DNA of 32,000 nucleotides from Candidatus Arthromitus sp. SFB-mouse-Japan (GCF_000270205.1 NC_015913.1:1410001-1442000), one strand, 5' to 3'; positions 18,254 to 25,206 are shown, counted from the stretch's first letter. Notes: generated by a model from the sequence alone, not told the origin. Numbers and translations: made by a program.

Positions 18254-19453
18254 TTGAGCTATTTCTTCTATTAAACTTAAACCAGCACCATAATATTCGT
18301 CACTTATATCCCCATTATCGTACATAATATCAAGAATCTCTCCTGTTATAGCTCCACTTCTTATAGCAAAATCAAGAAGTATTAAATCTTCAGCACTCAA
18401 ATATCCATCCTTAACTAAATGATGGTTTTCGGCATCTTCTGTTGACATAAGCATATCATCGCTTACTCCTACTTCAACTCCGTCATATTTATTTTTATTA
18501 GTTCCTGAGTTTATTAAAATTTCCTCATAAATAATTCCGTCATCATCTTCTTTTTCATTTATATCAAACCTTATAACATTAGAAGGTGAATCATCCTCAT
18601 CATCTAAAGAATTTCCTATATCTATACTTATTCCATTATTACTTACATTCGTTTCTACCTTTGTTGGACTCTTCTTATTACTTTGAATTAAACTGTTCTT
18701 ATTTAAATTAATTTTCTTAGTAATAGTTTCTGTTTTTTTAGTCTCTACTACCTCATCTTCATTGGACTCATATGATTCGTCAACTGAATTATCAACATCA
18801 AATGATTCTTGTAATGACTCTTCAACCACTTCATCATGAATTTCCTCTACAAAATCATCAACTATTTCCTCAACATATTCATCTGAAGCATCTTCTTCTA
18901 CTATATTTTGAATTTCATCATTCTCTTCTACTTCGTCACTTGCTCCGAATCCTCCAACATTTATCCCTTTAGGTGGTGAGCTTGGCTTCTGCAAACCTCC
19001 CTTAGATCTCATTGCATGACCCAATGCCTGACTCTCTTGAAGTGATGAGTTATCGGCAATAGATATATTTATCTCTTTAGAGTCACTAACCTCTTGTTCT
19101 GCTAATCTAACATTGTGTTCAGCAGATGTTTCAAGCTGCTCTCTCATCCTTTCTTGTCTTGCTTGCTCTTCTGCCTGTCTTCTTGCCTCTTCCTCTGCTC
19201 TTCTTGCTTCTTCTGCTGCCTTCTGTTGAGACACAATATCTGCAGCAGTCTGTCCAATTCCAGTAGCAACACCTATAACTGTAGATACAATACCAATTAT
19301 AGCTCCTATTAAAGCCTCAGACTCTTTTGGTTTTTGGTTACCTATAGCAGCTGCGCTAGTGATACTAGCAACAGTTGCAAGTAATGCAGCCTTCTTTAAA
19401 ATACCCTTTCTTTTACTTTGATCAGCCTTTGTGGATACATTAACATTTCCCAT
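18248..19453 (-). CDS. paralogue C: two-hydrophobic-segment protein with R/E-rich coiled coil, acidic region and shared C-terminal module; unknown function
   Basis: ATG at 19453, 7 nt after AAGGAGGA (the track TTG at 19477 overlaps the SD). Shares the N-terminal basic + A/T/S-rich hydrophobic segment, the TM helix with a charged helix after it, and the C-terminal module with A and B. Confidence 0.7.
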   Translation of the reverse strand: MGNVNVSTKADQSKRKGILKKAALLATVASITSAAAIGNQKPKESEALIGAIIGIVSTVIGVATGIGQTAADIVSQQKAAEEARRAEEEARRQAEEQARQERMREQLETSAEHNVRLAEQEVSDSKEINISIADNSSLQESQALGHAMRSKGGLQKPSSPPKGINVGGFGASDEVEENDEIQNIVEEDASDEYVEEIVDDFVEEIHDEVVEESLQESFDVDNSVDESYESNEDEVVETKKTETITKKINLNKNSLIQSNKKSPTKVETNVSNNGISIDIGNSLDDEDDSPSNVIRFDINEKEDDDGIIYEEILINSGTNKNKYDGVEVGVSDDMLMSTEDAENHHLVKDGYLSAEDLILLDFAIRSGAITGEILDIMYDNGDISDEYYGAGLSLIEEIAQR

Positions 19454-19488
19454 TTTTTCATCCTCCTTGAATATCAAATCCTTAAATA

Positions 19489-21597
19489 TTAAAGTTTACC
19501 ACTTGAATTAAAAGTATCTAATAGTTGATTTATAACTTCTATTTGAGCACTTGTAAACGCTCCATCTTGTCCCATCTTTTCAACCATAGATTTGTTAAGC
19601 TTTGAAGATATAATTAAGTTAACTACAGCATCATATTCCCTTGCAGTAAATATACCATCTGTAACACTTTTATGAGATACCGCTTTCTCTTGTGCTCTAT
19701 CATATTCATCTCTACTATATGCCTTATATCCATAGTTCTCACTCTGTGCGATTACAGACTTACCTCCAAATTTAGTATCTGTATACATTCCTCCATATCC
19801 AGCACCTGTGGCCATTCCAACTATTTGATTCATACTTCCTGATGACACAAAGTTACCATCCTTATCAAAATATCCTGATCCATCTTCTAAAACCAAATTA
19901 CCATCCTTATCTATAGTACCTACGCCATTTATATCAATAGATCCATCTGGCTTAATAACTCCACTTCCATCTGGTAGATGTAAATTACCATTTTGATCAG
20001 TCCAGCTTCCATCTGGATGAGTAACTATTCCAGTTATAACATGTAATTTACTTCCATCTGGAAGTATTATAACTCCAGCCTCAGGGTCATATTTACCACC
20101 TAATTGAGCTGCCAATTTCTCATATTCTTGTGTTTGTTGATTTTTCATTAATTCTTCCTGAGCTTTTATAGCTTCTTGTTGAAGCTTAACTTGCATTTCC
20201 ATACTCTGTTGTCCTTGAATTATACCAGCTATGGCTGTACCTAAAAATGCAACAGTACTTACAAGACCAATTGCAGTCATAAGTTTACCCGTTTTACCAC
20301 CACTTGAGCTACTTGGTTGCATATTAACATTTCCAACTCTATTTGTATTTACATCTGCATCACCACTAGTTTTTAAAGAAGCTGATTTAGTACTTGGAGC
20401 CTTTGACTTTATACTTGCATTTCCATTTGAACTAGCTGTACCACTTCCTGATCCGTTATTTCCTCCAGTTGGTTTTAAGCTTCCACTAGTTCCATTTTGC
20501 GTACCTGCTCCATTTGTTGTACTTCCTTGACCTTTATTTCCAGTTGTACTTGCATTAGTTGTACTTCCTTGACCTTTATTTCCACTTCCTGTTTGAGTTA
20601 CAACAGGTTGTTTTTGAGAACTTGATCCAGAGCTAGTATTTGGCTTTAATCCATTTTGATTCGAAGAAGTAGGTCCATTAGGTTTATTTTGTGAGCTTCC
20701 GCTTGAAGTGCTTGTATTTGGCTTTAATGATGACGAACTTCCTGCACTTGAACTAGTCCCAGTTGTTGGTTTTTTACTACCATTATTTTCAAATTTACTA
20801 GTTAAATTAGAAGTATTCCCTGGTTTTATTCCTGTACCGCTTGTACTACTTCCACTTGTAGTACCTGTACTAGGTTTTTGCGTGCTCGTACTACTACCAT
20901 TATTTTCAAATTTACTAGTTAAATTAGAAGTATTCCCTGGTTTTATTCCTGTACTACTTCCACTTGTAGTACCTGTACTAGGTTTTTGTGTAGTAGTATT
21001 ATTATTTGATGTTGGTTTAGTTGGTGCTGTCACAGTACTTCCAGCATTTGGCTTAGTTGGTGCTGTCACAGTACTTCCAGTATTTGGTTTAGTTGGTGCT
21101 GTCACAGTACTTCCAGTATTTGGTTTAGTCGGTGCTTTTACACCACTACCTGTACTTGATGTATTTCCTGACTCAAATCTATTAATTAAATTAGTAGTAT
21201 TCCCTGGTTTTATACCTGTAGAACCTGTAGTTGGTTTTGTTGTTGTAGTAGTATTACTAGGTTTAACTACATTATTTGGCTTAACTGTTGAGGACACTCC
21301 AGTATTTGGCTTAACTACTGAAGACACTCCAGTACTTGGCTTAAAACTATTTATAGCTCCACTTACAGGTCTTTTAAATCCATTACTACCTACAAAAGTA
21401 GGTGCCTTAATTGGCGATGTAAACTTATTTGGAATCTTCATCATCGCAGATGCTTTCTTCGCAGTTCCTATCTGATGACCTGCTATACCAGTAACACCAA
21501 CTAGTGCTGTAGCCATAGCTACTCTATTTAAAAATTTCTTCCTTGATGAATTAAAATCAACATTAACTTGATTCTGTTTTTTATCATTTGAATCCAT
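19489..21597 (-). CDS. paralogue B: membrane protein with about 375-aa S/T/P/N/K/G-rich region, TM + Q/E/K helix, PDGS/DKDGN repeats and shared C-terminal module; unknown function
   Basis: 702 aa. ATG preceded by AAGGAGGG. N-terminus SRKKFLNRVAMATALVGVTGIAG...KKASA. TM at aa 438-460 (about 20218-20286). Architecture is collinear with A. Confidence 0.75.
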   Translation of the reverse strand: MDSNDKKQNQVNVDFNSSRKKFLNRVAMATALVGVTGIAGHQIGTAKKASAMMKIPNKFTSPIKAPTFVGSNGFKRPVSGAINSFKPSTGVSSVVKPNTGVSSTVKPNNVVKPSNTTTTTKPTTGSTGIKPGNTTNLINRFESGNTSSTGSGVKAPTKPNTGSTVTAPTKPNTGSTVTAPTKPNAGSTVTAPTKPTSNNNTTTQKPSTGTTSGSSTGIKPGNTSNLTSKFENNGSSTSTQKPSTGTTSGSSTSGTGIKPGNTSNLTSKFENNGSKKPTTGTSSSAGSSSSLKPNTSTSSGSSQNKPNGPTSSNQNGLKPNTSSGSSSQKQPVVTQTGSGNKGQGSTTNASTTGNKGQGSTTNGAGTQNGTSGSLKPTGGNNGSGSGTASSNGNASIKSKAPSTKSASLKTSGDADVNTNRVGNVNMQPSSSSGGKTGKLMTAIGLVSTVAFLGTAIAGIIQGQQSMEMQVKLQQEAIKAQEELMKNQQTQEYEKLAAQLGGKYDPEAGVIILPDGSKLHVITGIVTHPDGSWTDQNGNLHLPDGSGVIKPDGSIDINGVGTIDKDGNLVLEDGSGYFDKDGNFVSSGSMNQIVGMATGAGYGGMYTDTKFGGKSVIAQSENYGYKAYSRDEYDRAQEKAVSHKSVTDGIFTAREYDAVVNLIISSKLNKSMVEKMGQDGAFTSAQIEVINQLLDTFNSSGKL
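20512..20583. repeat. 42-bp in-frame tandem duplication (GNKGQGSTTN units) in gene B
   Basis: acttccttgacctttatttcc recurs at 20521 and 20563 (period 42). Confidence 0.8.
20773..20988. repeat. 108-117-bp in-frame tandem duplication in gene B (QKPSTGTTSGSST..GIKPGNTSNLTSKFENNGS units)
   Basis: ctaccattattttcaaatttactagttaaattagaagtattccctggttttattcctgta occurs at 20777 and 20894. A diverged third copy lies at about 21154-21237. Confidence 0.85.
21011..21140. repeat. 36-bp in-frame tandem repeat, about 3.5 copies (TAPTKPNTGSTV units) in gene B
   Basis: tttggtttagttggtgctgtcacagtacttccagta repeats head to tail (starts about 21011, 21047, 21083, 21119) with single-base differences. Confidence 0.9.
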
Positions 21598-21643
21598 AAT
21601 TCTTCTAACCCTCCTTGGACTTATAAATAATCCTCAAACCATT

Positions 21644-23587
21644 TTATTTAAAACTTCCATTACTTTGGAAATACTCAAGCATCTCTAACGCAGCATTCGA
21701 TTGATCTAAAGTTAATATATCTTGCTCATACATATACTCGATCATGAAGAAATTCATCCTACCTCCCTCGATATTTTCTTTAATAGCTTGAAGTTGCCTA
21801 TAAGTAAGAATTCCTTCATCAATAAATTTTTCAAATCTGTCTTTATTTTTAAGCGTTCTAGCCTCAGATACACCTGTCTCAAATTTAGTAATATCATTAT
21901 TATCGTAATCTACATCCTCATAATACATAGCATAAGTACTTCTTCTTTTACTATCTTCATTTTTTTCAAGTAAAACTGCATCTTCAAATCTTTCATCAAC
22001 AATCTCATCTTCGTCAATATTATTTCCACCATCTTCGGAAGGAGTAAAATTACCATCTTTATCATAAACTCCAGATCCATCTGAAGGATAAAAATTACCA
22101 TCTTTGTCATAATATCCTGATCCATCTGAAAGGAAATAATTACCATCTTTATCTAAATATCCTGATCCATCTGAATAATAGAAATTCATATCTTTATCAT
22201 AATATCCTGATCCATCTGCTAAATGAAAATTACCATCTTTATCTAAATATCCTGATCCATCATTAAAATGATAGTTACCATCTTCATCATAATATCCATC
22301 TGCATCTGTTTGCTCAGAACCTCCTTGTGATAAACTATTCATCGCTTCTTGAGCTCTTAACATTTCCTTCTCATGATCCATTTGTTTTTGCTGCATTTTC
22401 TCCTGGGCAGCTATAGACTCAGCCTGAAGCTTTTCTTGAAGTTTCATACTTTCTGCAGTTTGTATAGCACTAACTACACTAGATACCATAAATCCTGCAC
22501 TCATAAGATTCCCAGCAATACTTGAACCTATTTGAATTTTATCTGTAGTAGTTGGTTTCAAACTCTGATCTAAACCTGGTTTTTCATCAGTACCAGGTTT
22601 TTTATTGCTTGAGCTTGACTCTCCAGAAGATGGTTTTTTGTTACCTGTATCATTAGAACTCGGTTTATTAGAGCTTGATGAACTATCAGAACTTGGTTTA
22701 TTGCTACTTGAATTACTGGAATTTGGTTTATTAGAGCTTGATGGACTATCAGAACTCGGTTTATTGCTACTTGAATTGCTAGAATTTGGCTTATTAGTAC
22801 TTGAACTATTAGAAGAAGTATTCCCACTACTTGGCTTATTAGTTGAACTTGAATTTGATCCTGTACTCGGTTTATTAGTTGAATTTGATCCTGTATTTGA
22901 ATTACTAGATGCCGAAGTATCTGTTTTATTACTTCCAAAACCTCCATTTTCACCATTCGATGGTTTACTTGTACTATTTGATGTATTATTAGTTGGTTTT
23001 TTTGTCGTGCTCGTACTACTACCTGTGTTTGATGTCGGTTTACTAGGTGCTGTAACGGTATTTGATGGCTTATTAGTACTTCCTGTAGAAGTATTCGTAA
23101 CAGGTTTATTATTACTAGTAACTTTATTACCAGTTCCACTAGAAGACGAGCTAGAAGAAGTTGATGATCCCTTATTTGATGTAATAATATTTCCAGAACT
23201 TGAACTACTTGATCCACTTGAAGGTTTTGACGTTGTACCACTTGGTTTACTTGAAGTACTTGACCCTCCTACAGGTTTATTCGTTGATGTTGTACCACCT
23301 GGTTTACTTGAAGTACTTGACCCTCCTACAGGTTTCAGCGTCGAACTGCTTGAACTACTTGATCCACTTGAAGGTTTTGAAGTTGAAGTAGGTTTCTTAA
23401 CAGGATTTTTAAGACTGGGTTTTTTAAAACTTGGAAGTTTAAATTTAAGTGCTTGAACCTCCTTAAGGGGAAGTTCTGAAATTCCAATACTCGTCATCGT
23501 AGCGAGAGTCGTTGCGATTCCTAATGATTTAATAAGTTTCTTTTTAAAATTTTTATCATTTTTAACGTTATCTGTATCCCTACTCAC
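21644..23587 (-). CDS. paralogue A: membrane protein with about 285-aa S/T/P/N/K-rich region, TM + Q/E/K helix, six DGSGYxDKDGNF repeats and shared C-terminal module; unknown function
   Basis: 647 aa. GTG start 7 nt after AAGGAGGGAG. N-terminus KNFKKKLIKSLGIATTLATMTSIG...EVQA. TM at aa 351-376 (about 22460-22537). Confidence 0.75.
   Translation of the reverse strand: MSRDTDNVKNDKNFKKKLIKSLGIATTLATMTSIGISELPLKEVQALKFKLPSFKKPSLKNPVKKPTSTSKPSSGSSSSSSSTLKPVGGSSTSSKPGGTTSTNKPVGGSSTSSKPSGTTSKPSSGSSSSSSGNIITSNKGSSTSSSSSSSGTGNKVTSNNKPVTNTSTGSTNKPSNTVTAPSKPTSNTGSSTSTTKKPTNNTSNSTSKPSNGENGGFGSNKTDTSASSNSNTGSNSTNKPSTGSNSSSTNKPSSGNTSSNSSSTNKPNSSNSSSNKPSSDSPSSSNKPNSSNSSSNKPSSDSSSSSNKPSSNDTGNKKPSSGESSSSNKKPGTDEKPGLDQSLKPTTTDKIQIGSSIAGNLMSAGFMVSSVVSAIQTAESMKLQEKLQAESIAAQEKMQQKQMDHEKEMLRAQEAMNSLSQGGSEQTDADGYYDEDGNYHFNDGSGYLDKDGNFHLADGSGYYDKDMNFYYSDGSGYLDKDGNYFLSDGSGYYDKDGNFYPSDGSGVYDKDGNFTPSEDGGNNIDEDEIVDERFEDAVLLEKNEDSKRRSTYAMYYEDVDYDNNDITKFETGVSEARTLKNKDRFEKFIDEGILTYRQLQAIKENIEGGRMNFFMIEYMYEQDILTLDQSNAALEMLEYFQSNGSFK
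22028..22306. repeat. 45-bp in-frame tandem repeat x6 (15-aa DGSGYxDKDGNFxxx units) in gene A
   Basis: taccatcttt or a variant recurs at 22051, 22096, 22141, 22186, 22231 and 22276, an exact 45-nt period. Confidence 0.9.
22670..22795. repeat. 63-bp in-frame tandem duplication (NKPNSSNSSSNKPSSDS[P/S]SSS) in gene A
   Basis: ggtttattagagcttgatg recurs at 22662 and 22725 (period 63). Confidence 0.85.
23228..23335. repeat. 57-bp in-frame tandem duplication (KPVGGSSTSSKP[G/S]GTTS) in gene A
   Basis: ggtttacttgaagtacttgaccctcctacaggttt recurs at 23244 and 23301 (period 57). Confidence 0.85.
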
Positions 23588-23689
23588 TAATTTCTCCCTC
23601 CTTGAAAACGCATGAATAACGAAAATAAATTATCTATTTCTCTAAATAATCACTTTTATTCCTATTATCGTAACATCAAAAATTTTTTA

Positions 23690-23727
23690 AATAAAAAAAA
23701 TGAAAACTTTAATCAAAAAGTTTTCAT
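23690..23727 (-). terminator. intrinsic terminator of the M28-like gene
   Basis: atgaaaacttt / aaagttttcat stem (23700-23727) abutting the stop codon, followed on the minus strand by TTTTTTTTATTT. Confidence 0.8.
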
Positions 23728-25206
23728 TTAATCATTTTTATTAATTTTAGATAAAATAATTTTAAGAAGCACATAACATGCAATTAATACAATCAAAACT
23801 ATAGCTAGAGTTTTTATTAACATTTCATTTTTACTATCGTCTTCTTCCTCATAATCACCCATAACTCCAGAGGAATAATCAAATAGAAGCTTTTTAGCTC
23901 TAATCTCAAACTTACTATTCTTAATATCTTCTCTCACTGAATTATAATTATCAGTAAATTCTTTCCTATAAGTGTAAGTTACAATCTCATCATTTACAAA
24001 AACAAATTTACCATTTAAATCACCTTCAAAATTAAAATCAAATTCCTCTATATCTTTCAAAAATTCAATTTCCTTTGGACAAACAACCTTAACAGTATAA
24101 TTTCCTTCATCCAAATCTTTAAATTCAGTTATTAAAGTTTCATCTAATGAAATCTCTTTCAACTTTTTATTTCCACTATAAAGTTCATATTTTATCTGAG
24201 ATATCTTATCAATATTCTCTTCTGATAACTGAGTAATTATTTTTATACTTCTATCTTCTCTAACCAAATAATTAAACACAAGTTCTACAGAATTAGATAA
24301 ATTTTTCTCAACATTATCAATGAAATTATTCATCACATAATCATAATTATCATTACTGCTTCCCTCGATAATTCCAACACCTTCTCCAGTAGGATCATCG
24401 GGCAACCCATACATCTCATCCAAACTTTCAAGGGAAGTAGCTTCAATTTTACCAAATGGAACATTACTATATTTAAATGCAACATGATCACCTATATCAT
24501 TCCAAACTCCAAATGGAATACCTTCTTCCAAATTTCCCTCAGGTGTAAAAAGATCAATTTTCAAATCTTTAGATAATGCTAATAATTCATCCCTAACAAA
24601 TCCCTTATTCCCACTATTACCATAAATATATAAATTTTTACCACTACCAAGAGATGTTATATCTAAAAAATACATTATATTATTCAATTCATCTTGAGAT
24701 CTAGTTGAAACATAATGTGTTGGTCCTATCTCTCCATTTTTTCCACTACCAAACAACACAAATTTCAAAGTAAATGGGAAACTCATATCCTTAACTCTCT
24801 CAGCAATCTCTAATAAGACAGATACACCAGTTGCTCCCTCAAATCCTGTTGATCCATTAACATCTTCAGAGTCATAAGAGGTACCAATTATAACTTCCAA
24901 ATCACTTGCCCCTTTTTTAGTTGCAATAATATTGTGAGATAAATAATAGCCCTGAGTAAAATTCAAAACCGTATCATCTGGAAAAGAAATCTCCTCAAAT
25001 ATGGTATCATATCCAAAATCTCTCAATAGTCTTCCTAAATAATCTGCCGTATAAACCTCTCCGTCACTAAAGGAAACCCTAGGTATCCTAGATATCTGTT
25101 CTAAATAATAAATGGCATATTCTCCAAATCCACTAGCTTGTACATTAAATTTAAAAGTAAATAAAAACAAAGCAATAAAAACAAATATCTTATATATTCT
25201 CTTCAA
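23728..25206 (-). CDS. M28-fold (aminopeptidase-like) protein with signal peptide, beta-rich domain and C-terminal TM anchor; catalytic residues apparently not conserved
   Basis: 492 aa with a TTG start after GGAGAGGG. Signal peptide IFVFIALFLFTFKFNVQA. M28-like blocks NIIATKKG...VIIGTSYDS, GATGVSVLLEIAERV, FVLFGSGKNGEIGPTHYV, YFLDITSLG, IGDHVAFKY. C-terminal helix LAIVLIVLIACYVLLKIIL. Confidence 0.65.
   Translation of the reverse strand: MKRIYKIFVFIALFLFTFKFNVQASGFGEYAIYYLEQISRIPRVSFSDGEVYTADYLGRLLRDFGYDTIFEEISFPDDTVLNFTQGYYLSHNIIATKKGASDLEVIIGTSYDSEDVNGSTGFEGATGVSVLLEIAERVKDMSFPFTLKFVLFGSGKNGEIGPTHYVSTRSQDELNNIMYFLDITSLGSGKNLYIYGNSGNKGFVRDELLALSKDLKIDLFTPEGNLEEGIPFGVWNDIGDHVAFKYSNVPFGKIEATSLESLDEMYGLPDDPTGEGVGIIEGSSNDNYDYVMNNFIDNVEKNLSNSVELVFNYLVREDRSIKIITQLSEENIDKISQIKYELYSGNKKLKEISLDETLITEFKDLDEGNYTVKVVCPKEIEFLKDIEEFDFNFEGDLNGKFVFVNDEIVTYTYRKEFTDNYNSVREDIKNSKFEIRAKKLLFDYSSGVMGDYEEEDDSKNEMLIKTLAIVLIVLIACYVLLKIILSKINKND

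Noticed and set aside
21011-21140. A regularly spaced 36-bp repeat array that could be mistaken for a small CRISPR array (the same applies to the 45-bp array at 22028-22306).
   Set aside because: The units are contiguous with no unique spacers, lie in frame inside a long ORF and encode a repeated peptide. No cas genes or leader are nearby.
20231-23456. Long alternative ORFs within genes A and B: 20231-20530 (+), 20708-21475 (+), 22605-23456 (+), 23200-23391 (+), 22570-23241 (-, out of frame), 21910-22146 (-), 21722-21973 (+).
   Set aside because: Their translations are monotonous L/V/F/P/G- or Q/L/V/I-rich strings, which is what the complement or a frame shift of S/T/K/P/N codon repeats produces. 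None has an SD or a sensible start context. The annotated frames have strong AAGGAGG SDs and a coherent architecture collinear between paralogues.
18248-23587. Assigning A/B/C to known Gram-positive surface-protein classes (LPXTG-anchored adhesins, SLH S-layer proteins, choline/cell-wall-binding repeat proteins, serine-rich-repeat SRRP adhesins).
   Set aside because: There is no LPXTG sorting signal (only LPDGS and LPSTI-type strings). There are no SLH or 20-aa CWB repeats, no KxYKxGKxW-type SRRP signal and no accessory secA2/secY2 genes in the window. The internal TM helix plus downstream folded regions do not fit those classes.
16700-23700. Whether the accessory block is a mobile element, prophage remnant or defence island.
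   Set aside because: No integrase, transposase, recombinase, phage structural gene, nuclease/ATPase defence gene, flanking direct or inverted repeats, or tRNA attachment site is visible. The somewhat higher G+C inside the genes is explained by Ser/Thr/Gly/Pro codon content.
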